Made by a program: the position numbers and the translations under genes. From positions 248,001-312,000 of the forward strand of contig QPMI01000401.1 in assembly GCA_004431415.1 (NCBI GenBank): DNA of 64,000 bases, written 5' to 3'. Positions 22,582 to 35,240 of this stretch are shown one piece after another. Each line of letters begins with the position of its first letter. Positions within the stretch are counted from its first letter, which is position 1. The stretch is from Cyanophora paradoxa CCMP329. Lineage: Eukaryota; Plantae; Glaucophyta. The notes under the pieces were generated by a model. That model was not told the origin of the DNA, ran no database searches, and was given only the letters and a program-made list of their open reading frames with translations.

Positions 22582-25509
22582 ATGGGCTGCGGCTCGTCGT
22601 CTAGCGCCAGCGCCGCCGCGGGCCAGCCGACGAATGTGTACAATGCAGCGCCCCGGCCACAGCCCCCCGCAGGTGCGCCCTCCGTGCGGCCCACGCATTC
22701 GGGTTCTGATCACGCCAGATCCCTCTGCTTGCAGCTGCGCCGCCAAAGAAGGCGAGCGACGCCAGTCAGAATCCGCCCCCTGCAAAGCCGGCGTCCAAGC
22801 CGAAGCTGGAGTCTTCCTCCGGTGCATATACCTCCCTTACATCTGTGCCGGTGCACTCGCTCATTCGAAATTCGCCGCCGTAGACGGAAGGCAAAAGGAC
22901 ACACAGCAGGCCGCGCCACAGAATCCGAGTTCACAGCAGCAGAACGGGCAGTCCTCGAAACCTGCGGCTTCATCCTCGATATTAGTCATATACGCTACTC
23001 AGGTTTGCTCATCCGGGCCGCCGCCGGGCCGGTGCCCGGACCTCTCGTCCGCTCTAACGCCCGATTCAGTCTGGAAACTGCGAGCGGCTAGCTAGGCAGC
23101 TCGCGAAGAACGCAGCGAACCACAACTTCACTTCCAAAGTGATAGCGATCGACCAGCTGCAGAGCCCGGCCTCCCTCTGCTCGTGCGCGGTCGCGCGTGC
23201 CAGGGTCGCGGTCGCCGCTGAGCGCCGCACCGCCGCAGAGAGAAGCGGGTGGTCATTTTCATTACTTCCTCATACGGCGAGGGCGATCCGCCGGACATGG
23301 CGACTCACTTCTGGGCGTGGCTGACGTCCAACTCGCGGCCCAAGGGCTCCCTCAATGCGCTGCGCTTCGCGCTCTTCGGCTGCGGGCACAGCGTGTACGC
23401 CACGTATCAGAGCTTCCCTAAGAAGCTGTTTGCGGTCCGCGGATCCCTTCCCCTCCCTTTTCCCCGCCTCGCGCGCCGCTGAGCCGCCCGTGCGCAGCGC
23501 CTGCAGTCCCTGGGGGCCAACCCGGTCTGCCGGAGGGGCGAGGCGGACGTACCTAGCCTGGACAACGACTGGGACGAGTGGGAGAAGGGGCTCTGGCCGG
23601 CGATCAAGAAGCCGCCGTCGGTGTCGGCGCTGACGAGCCCGGCGGACTGGGAGCCGACCCCGTCGCCCAACAAGCCGACCTCGATGGCGTCCATGCCCTC
23701 GGCGCGGCCGTCGCCGCCGGCGGCGCACCAGCCGGGCCCGCCGCCGGGCCCGCCCTCGACGGAGGGCCCCTGGCGGCTGGTGCCGGTGGACGTGGCGCCG
23801 GTGGGGGACGCGGAGGACACGCGGGCGCTGCAGGCGTCGGCGCTCTCGCCGGGGGAGACGCTCGTGTGGGGCAAGGTGACGCAGAACCGCGAGCTACAGG
23901 CCTCGAGCTCGGACGAGAGCACGCGCCACGTCGAGTTCGAGCTTCCGGGGCCCACCGTCTACGAGGCCGGCTGGTACCTCGGCGTCGTCCCCGTGGTGCG
24001 CATACCTCCCCCCTCCTCGGGCCGTGAAGAAGAAGAAGAGGCCGGAATCCGACCGGGCGGCGCCGCCCGCTCCCGCGCAGACGCCGGCGAAGCTGGTGAA
24101 GCGGCTGGCGGAGCGCCTCGGGATCGCCCAGTCCCTGGACGAGGTCGTCCGCGTCGAGGGCGCCGGTGCGTCCGCGCCGGAGCGGGGGCGGGGGCCGGGC
24201 CCGGGCCGGCGATCGCCACCGCGGTGCTGAGCACCCGCCCCGCCCCGCAGACGTGCCGAAGGACCTGCACGGCGTGCCGAGGACGCGGCGAGCGCTCCTC
24301 ACGCGCGTTATCGACGCGACGAAGCCATGTGCGCCCCCCCTCCTCCTCCTCCTCCGGCCCCGCAGCCCGCCGCCGCCGCCGCGGGGGCCTGACGCGCGTG
24401 CGCAGCGCCGCAGAAGTTCCTGGGGGCGCTGGCGGCGACGGCGGGCGACGCGGGGGAGAAGGCGCGGCTGGAGCGGCTGGCGGGAGACGAGGGGGAGTAC
24501 AAGGCGTGGCTCGGCTCGGAGCGGCGGACGCCCATCGAGGTGCTGACCGAGTTCCCGTCGGCGCGCCCCGCGCTGGAGCTGCTCGTCGCGCACCTGCCGC
24601 GGCTGCGCCCCGCCCTCTACTCCATCGCCTCCTCCCACGCCCTCAAGCCCGACTCCATCGCCATCGCCGTCAAGGCGCGCCCGACCCGAGCCCGGCCCGC
24701 CCGCCCGCCCCCCGCCTCTGACCGCGCCCCGCGCCCCGCGCCCCGCGCAGGTCCTCCGGTACCAGACCCCCAGCGGCAAGCTCCAGGAGGGCGTCACGTC
24801 CGCTTTCCTCGCCCGCCTCGCCACGGTGCGAGCGCCGCCGCCGGCCCCTCCCCGAGCGAGCGAGCGCCCTGCCTCCGCCTGACACAGCGGTCGCGCCCCC
24901 GCAGAACGATTCGGTGCCGGTGTTCGTGCGCAAGTCGCGCTTCGTGGCGCCGACGGACCACAAGGTGCCCCTCGCCCTCGTCGCCACCGGCTCCGGCCTC
25001 GGTCCCTTCGTTGGCTTCCTCCAGGCCCGCCCCCGCCCGCCCTCCCGCCCCCGCCCCGCCGCCCCCGCCCGAGCCCCGCCCCGCAGGAGCGGTTCGTGGA
25101 GAAGAGCCACGGGAGCGAGGTGGGCCCGGCGCTGCTCGTCTTCGGGTGCCGCCGCGCGGACCAGGACTTCATCTACGAGGAGGAGCTGCGGGCCTTCGTG
25201 CAGGACGGGACGCTCACGCGCCTCGCCACCGCCTTCTCCCGCGAGGGTCCCGACAAGTTCTACGTCCAGCAGCGCCTCGCGGAGGAGGAGACGGCGCGCG
25301 AGCTCGCCGCGCTGCTCGCCCACAGGGGCGGCTCCTTCCTCGTCTGCGGCTCGGGCAAGGGCGGCATGCCCCGCGCCGTCCGCGAGGCCGTCGTCGGCGC
25401 CCTCGAGCGCTTCGGCGGCGAGGGCGGCGCCCCGATGGGGCGCGAGGCCGCCGAGGAGTACGTCAACGAGATGCGCGCCAGCAGCCGCTACCTCGAGGAC
25501 TGCTGGTGA
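22582..25509 (+). CDS. Diflavin NADPH oxidoreductase (cytochrome P450 reductase-like: flavodoxin + FAD + NADPH domains) with N-terminal MGCGSS
   Basis: VIYATQSGNCE; FITSSYGEGDPP; FALFGCG; STRHVEF; LYSIASS; ATGSGLGPF; LVFGCR..DFIYEEEL; AFSRE..KFYVQ; VCG; RYLEDCW*. Confidence 0.9.
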
Positions 25510-25982
25510 TGGGGCGATCGACCCCGCGACCCCCCGGGGGTAGAGCGCGCAGGCGGGCTTAGTGAGCGGCGCGCCGGCCGCTTGCCCTCGTTGTTGTTGT
25601 TGAACGCTGAGAGTAGCCTGCGCCTAGTTTCGTTTCAAAAACACGCCAAACAGATTAGGAGCCTCCAGCAACGGAGGGGGGCGGGATCATTGCCGGCGCG
25701 GCCGCGGCGGTATTGAAAAAAAATGCTTCTTCCAATTAAGAATCACATTGAGACGAGGCTCAGCTAAAACTGCACAAGTATGCACTAGTACTATAGCTAT
25801 GGTGGCCTCCGGGACCTACTTACACGATGCGGAGCACCGAAGGCCTAGACCTGAAGGATCGAAATGCAGAAAAATGCATGACACGATTATAATACAGCCG
25901 AGGGGAGGTACCCTGCCTAAGCTAAGGAAAGATACGCGTCCTCTCTCTCTACCCTGGCCTTGTCCGGGCGCCTTTTGCGGCG

Positions 25983-27794
25983 TCAGTGGGCGACGGGCTC
26001 CTCGGTCTCGAGCTCGGGATCAGCCTCGTGAAGGGCGTCCCTGCGAGCGCGGCCCGGGGCGTGAGGGAGAGGCCCGGCGAAGCGGGGAGGGGGGGGCGAG
26101 GGGCCGGCGCACTTGGCGACGCGCGAGATGAGGGCGATGACTCCGACGGTGGCGGCGAGGCCGAGCCCGACGAGCAGCGGGTTTACCCCCCCGCTGCCCT
26201 CCTGGTCCACCCCGAGCGCCATCTTGCCCACCGAGCCCGTGTACACGTACGCGATCGTGCCCTGGAGCGCCCGCCGAATCAGGTGAGCCGGGGCGAGGGC
26301 GGCGCGGCGGAGGGAGGGGACGGGGGCGCACAGGGAGCATCCCGAGCCACGAGGCAAAGACGTAGGGCGTGAACTCGACGCTCGTCAGGCCGTACAGGTA
26401 GTTCGAGATGCTGCGCGCCCCGCGCGTCAGAACTGGGGGGGAGGGAGGGCGGCCGCGCGGCGGCGGGAGCGCCGCACCTGAACGGCAGGAGAGGGGAGAG
26501 GCGCAGGAGGGCCACGACTTTGAAGGACTCCTTCTTGATCGCATGGTCGATCGCTGAGGAGCGCGCGCGCGCGGCCGCGTACGTGTCAGCCGCAGGGCTC
26601 GGGGCGGGGCGAGGCGGGGCGGGACGAGTGCACCGAGGAACTGCTTGTACTTCTTCGCGATGGAGAAGACGTAGTCGCGCGCCAGGTAGCGCCCGATGAG
26701 GAAGGATAGCGACGCGGCGACCGTCGCGGCGACCTGCGGCCGCGTCGGCGGCGGCGAGCGGCGCGGCGGGGGTCTAGAGCGGGCTGCGGGGCGCCGCTGA
26801 CCGAGATCGTGGCGGTGCCGACCACCGGCCCGAAGAGAAAGCCGGCGGTGAGGGTGAAAGGGATGGCGGGGAGCGCCAGGATCTCGAGCACGACTGCCCA
26901 GGCCGAGCAGGTGGTCAGCAGGCGTGCGGAAGCGTCGCGGTTGGGTGGCAGGGATGCGGACGCACCGTACGCGGCTCCGTAGGCGGCCGGGCCCAGCGGG
27001 CCGAGCTGGTCGACGTACGAGGTCAGCTCGCTCAGATAGCTCTCGAGCTTGTCGGCGTTTTGAATGGCGACTGCGACCCAAGAGATTGGAGTCAGCGACC
27101 GGCGCGGCTGGTTCGAAGGACTCGGCACGCGCGCGCACGCGTAGCGGCGACGCCGAGGCCAGACGCAGCGAACAGAGCCAGACCGCCGGCGACGCGCTTG
27201 CCAAGATCAGGATTCTCTTTGCTCGAGCTTACATGTCCAGTGCTGTCAAGCGCCAGCCCGGGGACGCCCTCAGATATGTCGGCCAAGGCGGCGAGGCTCT
27301 CCGCTGTCTCTATGATGGGTGCCGGGGTCTTCGCCCGGACGTTCTCCCACTTGCTCTGTCGCATCGATATGTGTAAATAAGCGGTCTGAGCGAGACGCCG
27401 GCAGCAAGCGCACCGACGCAGGGGAATCTCCTTGATTCGGGAGCGGCTCGAATCCGGCGACAGGGCTCGACGATTGCGTACTATCCTGGACAGTGGCAGG
27501 TTCGGGTGCTTCCGCGCGCACGTACAGCATCCGCGGTGCGCGCTTCGGCCGCACAGGCCCGCGTGCACCCGCCGAAGCCACGAAGGTTCTCAGACCGTTG
27601 GGGGGCAGTGGCTGCACCCGCGACGTCGTAGGTCCTTGTAGATGCCAGCAAAGCGAGCCGACCGCCCCGGCGCAGGCGCCCGACAAACTTTTCGCTTCGG
27701 GGGCGTGGCAGGCGCGAGTCAAACCGCCAAGCCACGAAGAACCGGCTGAAGATCTCCGCACTGGCGCCGGCGCAAGGAAGGCGGCGCTTGGCAT
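25983..27794 (-). CDS. TVP38/TMEM64 (DedA/VTT) family membrane protein, probably plastid-targeted
   Basis: LEILALPAIPFTLTAGFLFGPVVGT; SFLIGRYLAR; ALLRLSPLLPF..SNYLYGLTSVEFTPYVFASWLGMLPGTIAYVYTG; Ser/Ala/Arg-rich N-terminus MPSAAFLAPAP. Confidence 0.85.
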
Positions 27795-27885
27795 CTCGAC
27801 GTCGATTCGCCTGTGTACCCGGCAAACTCGGACCCCCCCGCTCTTGGGTAGTTCGCCGCACGGCAGAGATCGATACGCCAGCGCG

Positions 27886-28865
27886 ATGGCGGGGCAAGTG
27901 AGGGTCAGCAGGCTCCTGCGCGCTCGAGTCCGTCGCTTCTGACGGCCGCCGCAGAGGCACGTAATCAACGAGCTGGCGTCGCAGAACATGCTGCGAAAGT
28001 GGCATCTCGTGGATGCCCGTGACCAGGTGCGCCGCCCGGGAGCGCGGCGTGTGCCGCCTCGCCGCTGCGACGCCTGTGACCCCCGCCGCGCAGATCCTCG
28101 GGCGGCTGTCGTCGCAGATCGCGCGGCTGCTAATGGGCAAATGGAAGCCGATATACGATCCGTCGGCGGACTGCGGGGACTTCGTCGTCGTGACGAACGC
28201 GCGGCACATCGCTCTCACAGGGAACAAGCTGAACGGGAGGCCAAACGGCAAGATCTACTACAAGCACTCTGGCTATCCTGGAGGCCTGAAGGAGGTGCGG
28301 GCCCCGGCGCCTGTGCGCGGCGCGCGGGTTGTGACATGCCGCACCGAAAGACTCCGGCCAAGACGATGCTCGAGCGGAAGCCGGAGGAGCTCATTCGCAT
28401 CGCCGTGCACACAATGCTCCCACGGAATAGGCTTCGGAATAGGTGGGAGGAGCGGCTGCGGATCTTCCCGGATGCCAACCACGAGCACACGGTCAGAACA
28501 GCCCGGCCCGGCCCCCGCCCGCGCGTGCGCTTTGCCCTCTGACCTCCCCTCAGGCGCAGCGGCCGCAGCCGATCGTGTTCCCAGCTGCAAACCTCGATCG
28601 GGGGCGCTCGACGTGCGTCGCTCTATCCGCCCTCTCGCGTGGCGGCCCCCCGCCCCCAGACCTCCCTGACATAAGCCGTAGACCGGAGCTCATGGAACAG
28701 GTCTATGGCGAGGAAGGAGTCATCGAGGTGGAGGCCGGAGAGAACACCGAGTTCATCGAGATGTCGGAAGAGCAGTGGGCCGCGTGGACCACGCCCCCGA
28801 AGAAGGTCAGGTCGCTGGAGGAGGACCTCAAGGCTGCCGCTGCCGCTGCTGGCAAGAAGAAGTGA
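27886..28865 (+). CDS. MRPL13: Bacterial-type ribosomal protein uL13, probably mitochondrial, with C-terminal extension
   Basis: [71 protein letters not shown]; no long plastid transit peptide. Confidence 0.9.
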
Positions 28866-29217
28866 TTCGAGATCGCTGTGTAGAATGGCATGATTACTTT
28901 GAAGGACAGGCGGCGCGGGGCGCTAGCGGGGTGCCAGCGCTGCGGCGCGGAACTTTGAAAGCTAGTTATCTCATCTGAAGCACTGAGCGTTCTAAGCGAG
29001 ACTGCGGGTGTGCAGCTTGCTAGTGCTGCAGTTCAGGCGGGGGCCGCGTAGCTACGTCCGCGGCGTCCAGTTGGTTGTAGCGGCGCCGCCGCCGCGGCGG
29101 CCGCGGTGGGTACCAGTGGTCTGGGTAGCCAGCACACGAACGCGAGCGACAAAAGCGACGCCGTAATCTCACACTCGAATCGCACGATCACTACAGCGCG
29201 TGCGGCGCGCTCGCAGC

Positions 29218-31904
29218 ATGGGGGACGTCGACACAGTTCGACATGAGTTTGAGAAGCGCACGGCGGAAGCGGCGCGCCTCTCTTCCCTCCAGGCGCCGAA
29301 GGAGACGCCTTATTGCCACAAGTACGAGGGGCGCGCCGAGCTGGTGCGGGAGCCGCGCGCCGCGACTGCGCCGAGCGCGCGCCAACCTCGGGCAGGAAAC
29401 ACTGCGCGCCCGCCTGCAGGCCTTCCCGGACGTCCCCGCATGCGTACAGGCGCGTTTATGCTCTTGCATCTTGTATCAGCATGAATTCACGCTGCTGGGC
29501 AGGCGCTAGGCATTGTCGACTACCATCTCGGGATCAATTTTCTAGACACCGAGGAGCTCGCATCCGGCGAAGCCAGCCTCACGGCTGCGCTAAAGATTCT
29601 GGATCCGACGCCGGATTCGGACGGTGGCGAGGCGCCTTCTGCTGCCTCCGAGGCGAACGACGCGACATCTTGGGTCAAGATCGAGTACAGGGCACGCTAC
29701 CTCGTCGACCTGTACAATCGGCTTGGCGTCCTTTGGAATGACCGCGGAGAGTACTCGAAGGCGGATGAGTTCCTGCAGAAGGCCCTCGATGCGTACAGGC
29801 GCAAGAAGCCCAGCTTACCGACTCCCAGGTCTGTGTGCCCTCTCCTTGCCTCGCTTCCACGGACCTTCTTTGATCATACGGCCACAGCGCATCTACGGAG
29901 GCGTCCTCTGAGAACGCGAAACGCACCATTGAGGACGAGCACACAATGTCCTACTATTACCTTGCACAGGTCCAGTGCACTTTCCTTTGCTTGTAGCATT
30001 ACATACTGACTTTGGATTGCAGGTTGCGGCTAATCTCAAAAAGCCCAAAGCGGTATCTATATTATGGGACCTTGGATTGACCCAGCTTGACGATTTGTGA
30101 CCCTGCAGTCTGCAAAGTACTGTGCCATCACATTGAAACGACAGCTGGAGTCGGGCTCCTTTGACCATCAGGTGTGCTTCCGGTTATAATGAATTATTGC
30201 AAAACCTAGCTCATGATTCATGCAGGACTGGGCCCTGAACTGTGTGAACCTTTCAGCATATCATCGTGCTGTTGGGCACTTCGGGTGAGCAGACTTGTTG
30301 GATCAATTTCAATCTAAACATGAAAAACGAGTGATCCTTTCTCAGCACCGCAGAGCGCTGCCTGCATGCTGCTGCTTCAATAAAAAATGATACAGATGGC
30401 GAGTATGGTGGCAGGCTAGCATTGGGGTTTGCATCCTGTTTCTTTTTTTTTCTTGCCCCCAGTTAGCTCACATGCTGTCTTCAGATGGGGCAAGCTCCAC
30501 GTGGACAGGTTAAAAGTGCGTTTATAGTCTATCAAACATCTTAGGGAATTGAACCGTCCACAGGCCGCGTATGAAAAGCGAAAGGCAGCTGTTGAGGAGG
30601 CCAGCAACACAGGAATACCCGTCCAGCTTTCCTCTGCGGTATGGATGCCCTAATTTAGAAACTTAGAAGCTTTCATCATGCTCACTGTATGCAAACGAAG
30701 GACTCTGGGTCCGCTTCAAAGGAAGCCAATGACGAGGTGCATGAATTTTGCAATTTCTGTGTGCTTGCTGACATTATCCGTAGATTGAGTCTATATTCGC
30801 ATCCCTCAAGCTACCCAGTGCAACTTTAGATGCACCAATCAACTCCTACGAGGAGGTGATGCTATAATTGGTCGACCCATTGTCTCTCAATCCGATGATC
30901 CTGTTTTAGGCCCGTGAAGTGTTCAAGCCTGGGCAAGACTGGCTTGAAAAGGCGAAGATGTTCTTCGTCCTTGATGGCTACGTCACGGATCACTGCAACA
31001 TTCTTTGGGTATGTGCAGATGCATAGAAAAGTTTCCGTGCCGACTCAAAGACAAGGGCTGCAGGACCAATCACAGCTGTACAAGTACCTCGCCACCTTCG
31101 AGATGGACGCCAGCAGAGCCCTGTGCGGAGTTCGCCCTGAATGATTGCTACAGTTGAAAGTAATGCATCTTCCACAGGATCATGACGAAGCGAAGGGCAG
31201 CTCTCCTGGAGCCTATCATCGATGCAATCAACCCGAAGGCCTATGATGAAATCTGGAAGGATTATACGATGGAGCTTGCAGAGATCTGGCGCGAGGCAAT
31301 GGATGCAAAGATTTATGCAACTTTTGAAGTTGAAGAGGACTACAACCCGCGAAAGGACGCGTCTGCAATGAAAAAAATTACAGAATGGTTTGCAAGAAGT
31401 GGTCTTCTAAAAATTACGCTAATGTTCTCCCAGGGGCAAGGCAGGCCTGAAGTACTATGCTTTGTTCCTGAAAAGCTTCGAGACATCAGAAGGAGTCTTC
31501 CCTGATCCGCCGCCATCAAACTACGAATACCTTGTTCTGACTGCCCACTTCTGCTCAGCAAGAATGTAAGATGTTTCGGGGTGCTTGTGATGCGTGATTG
31601 CTGCTGATGGCATTCCACAGTTGGACTAGGCTTTGCCCCCCTGCCTCTCCATCTCTGCGGGAGGAGATTATCGAGAACATGAAGAAGGGATTGAAAGAAT
31701 ACGAGTGGTGTGTCAACTACTGCAACAAGCACAACCCTTCGTGTTTCAAGGTGCTCGCTTTGTATGCAGAGCCACAAATGAATGACACTGACAACCAGCA
31801 ATTACCAGGCCGAAGCGGAACTTGCCAAGCAGATGCTGCAGGTTGTTCCCTTGCGCATCACAGGCATCGCAACCGGTGCCCTGAACTACAAGCCACTTGC
31901 ATAG
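29218..31904 (+). CDS. KIFBP: KIF-binding protein (KBP/KIAA1279 family)
   Basis: PYCHKY; LGINFLDTEELASGE; YNRLGVLWNDRGE; TMSYYYLAQV; SAKYCAITLKRQL; DWALNCVNLS; FFVLDGYVTDH; QSQLYKYLATFE; MTKRRAALLEPIIDAINPKAY. Confidence 0.85.
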
Positions 31905-32036
31905 GCTGTCTACCTTGTTCGCTTGCTGCCGTGCAGCAGTTAGAATTCTAGCTATAGAGTTCTAGAATAATTATGTATGATTTCACAACAGCATTGCATA
32001 GTGTGAAGCACAAATCTGCGGGCGCTATCTGTGTGC

Positions 32037-35000
32037 CTACTTGTGATAAGAGTCCCTAAGTGTGCAGATCCGGTTGAAGACAAGGTTGCCAGGCTTCGAG
32101 TCAGGGTCCACAACGAAGTAGCCCTGGCGCTCAAACTGGAACCGCTCGGCCTCACGGGCTCCTGCAAAAAGATAAGCTTTGCAAGAGAATCTAGGAAAGT
32201 ACAGCTCACCTGCAAGGAATGGGTCGAGATAGGCACGAGTGACAACGAGCGAGTTGGGGTTCAGCGCTGTCAACCAGTTCGGATGGCTGGCAGGGTCCTC
32301 AACAGAGAACAGGGTGTCGTACAGCCGGACCTCAGCCTTAGCAGGTGCCTGGAAAACAGTGAGCTGAACAGCAAATAGAGACAGCACACAGGTGTTCACC
32401 TGGCCGGGTGCAGACTCTGAAACCCAGTGCAGGACACCTTTGGGCTTGCGTGCCTTCGAGAAGTCTGCCTCGCAGAGCAGCTCCACAACTTCGCCAGTTG
32501 CACTCTTCTTCACATCCTTGCAGGTGATATTGATTGCATAACGGAGCATGACCTCCTTGTTTGGTGCGAGGCCAAAATAGTCCTGGGTCGCAAGTCAGGA
32601 CGAAGCAAATCTGACCAATGTTTTAAAAGGACAAACCTTTGAGTCCTCGAGCCGGAAATCAGTTTGCTCGATGTAGACAGTTCCCGTCATTGCGACAGTG
32701 TGGGTGCCACGCTCGGGGTACTTGGGGTGGTTTGCGATCTGGATTTGCTCAACCTGCATCCCAATTGAGAAAGAGAACAGACAGAAATGTGGACTAAAGA
32801 GATCCGGACCTTGCCCTGGGGCCAGTTGGTAATAGTGACCTTCAATGGCGCCAGAACGGCCATAGCGCGGCTGCACTGCTCATCACACTCATCCCGAACA
32901 ACCCCCTCAAGCGTCTGAGTGTCTGTTAGAAATTGCAGGCAACGCAGGATCTGCATAGCGATGCACACCCTGTAAGAGATGAACTGATCGCTGCGAGAAA
33001 CGCCGACCATGTCACAGAACTTGTTTAGCGCAGATGCAGTGTAGCCCCTCCTCCGAAGTCCCTTGATCGTCAGGAGCCGAGGGTCATCCCAGCCTGTCAC
33101 GTGCTTCTCGTTCACGAGCTGGAGCAGCTTGCGCTTCGAAACAACATTGTGTGAAAGGTTCAGCCGGTTGTACTCCCACACGTGTGGCCTGTAAAGGTCC
33201 AGCGCTTCAAGCAACCAGTAGTATGTGTCACGACGAATCTGCATTCGTTGCACTTAGAGAAGAAAGCTCCCACGGAAAGAGCAAGGGCGGACCTCAAACT
33301 CGAGTGTGCACAGCGAGTGTGTGATGTTCTCCAGCGAGTCCACAAGGCAATGTGTGTAGTCATAGGAAGGATAGATGCACCACTTGTCACCAGAGTGAGG
33401 GTGTGGGCAGAGCTTCACACGGTACGCCACCAGATCACGCATGCCTGCAGCGCGGATGAGAGAGAGAAGACGTGACACGACACCAAGCATTGGATGCGCA
33501 CAGGGGTTGGGGTGAGTCATGTCGCCCTTCATGCGGAGGGTGACCTGCCCCTCGCCGAACTTGCCCTTGCGCATATCCTCGAAAAGCTTGAGGTTCTCCT
33601 CGACAGAGCGATCGCGCCACGGGCTGTTCATCTTTTTATCTGCAAGAGGACTTCAGACCAGAAAGTACCCAAGCAGAAGAGAGCGGACCGCGATAGGAGG
33701 ACATCTCCTCGGGCGTCTGGTGGTCAACGTAGGCCTTGCCGCGCTTGATGAGCTCGACGGCCAGGTCGTAGAGTTCTCCGAAGTAGTCAGACGAGTACGT
33801 GACCTTGGCCGGCTTCCAGCCCATCCAGTGCACGTCCTGTGCGAGCTCGCCATGAGGCCAGCGCCAATCTCTTGCACTGCGCGGCATGCACCTCGAGAAT
33901 GCTCTCGATGTACTCCTTCTTCTCCGCCTCGGGGTTGGTATCGTCGAAGCGCATGATGCAGTCACCACCGGCCTCAGCCGCGTACCCGAAGTCCACCCAC
34001 ATCGCCTTGGCGTGGCCAAGGTGGAGGTGGCCCTGCAAAAAAAGTGGAGGGTAAGAAGAAAGAGGAAGAAGCCTCGGATCAGGCCCAGCGCACATTCGGC
34101 TCGGGCGGGAAGCGGGAAACCACGCGGCCGCCCGTCGCCTTCCGGTGCTTCTCGAGCAGCTCCGGCGTGTTCTTCGCCGCATCGAGCTCGCGGGCGGCAA
34201 AATCCCACTTCTCCTTCTTCGGCGCCGGCGCCGCCTCCTTCTCAGCAGTAGGCGCCGCCTCCTTCTTCTCGGCGGGCTTCTTTTTCACCTGCGAACGCGC
34301 AGTCGGCGCCGAGCGAAGCACGCGAGCGCGCCGTAGCAGGATACCTTCGGCTTCTCTGCCAGATCATCCTCCGTCTTGGGCCCGAGCAGGGCAGCGACCT
34401 GGGCGTCAATCTCGTTCTTCACGGCGCCTCCCTCCGCCCACTTGAGCCGCTCGTTCGCGCCCTTCAGCAGCAGACCGACAGGGAACCTGTAGCGGTCCTC
34501 TAGGAGCTTTTCTTTGTTTGCTTCGATGACCGCCTTGACAGCCGAAGCAATTTGGTCGGGCGTGATGACAACACCTGCCGCTTGCTTGAGCGCGACCGTG
34601 CGCGCGGGCCACGGCACAAGAGCACGGCATCGCCAGGAAGCGCAATGAGCACGCACCGACGCCGGTGCTAGCCTCGAAGCTTGCGATGTCGAGGTCCGCG
34701 TTGCCAGTCGCCTTCAGGAACTCGATCGCGGCATCGAACTGGGGCGATATGCGGATCTTGCCAGTCGCAATGTACTGCGCAAGTGTGCGCCGGTGTCGGA
34801 TTGCAGGCGCCGGGCACTTGGTGGAGAGCGCGTAGAGCAGCACGCCAGCCGCCTTGTCGCAGCCGCCGGAGACGCCGGCCTGCGCGCTCCGTAAGTCGGC
34901 GCCAACCGCCAGAGCGCTGCACAGCACCCGCACCTCGTCGATGACAGCCAGGAGCGCGGCGGTAACCTTCTCGTTCGCCGAGACCTGCTTGGCGGTCTTC

Positions 35001-35047
35001 TCGTCGAGCCCGATCCGCACGAAGGCGGCCGCAGCTGCTTCAGCCAT
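32037..35047 (-). CDS. QARS: Glutaminyl-tRNA synthetase, eukaryotic type with N-terminal extension domain
   Basis: [17 protein letters not shown]; RFDDTNPE; [30 protein letters not shown]; [24 protein letters not shown]; FQFERQGYF; N-terminal [12 protein letters not shown]. Confidence 0.97.
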
Positions 35048-35240
35048 AGCCGGCGCTTTGGAGTACCAAGCTAGGCCACTGGCGAGAGAGCTGCGGAGCC
35101 CGGGTACAGGTCCCGGCGACCGGAGGCGCCCTTGGGCCAGGCTAGACCACCAGCACCAGCGCTTCAGTATCGCCGCTCGGCACCTTCTAGTGTGTGCGCT
35201 AGCGAAGGTCGGCAGCGGCCGACATCGCCGCGGTTGGAAT

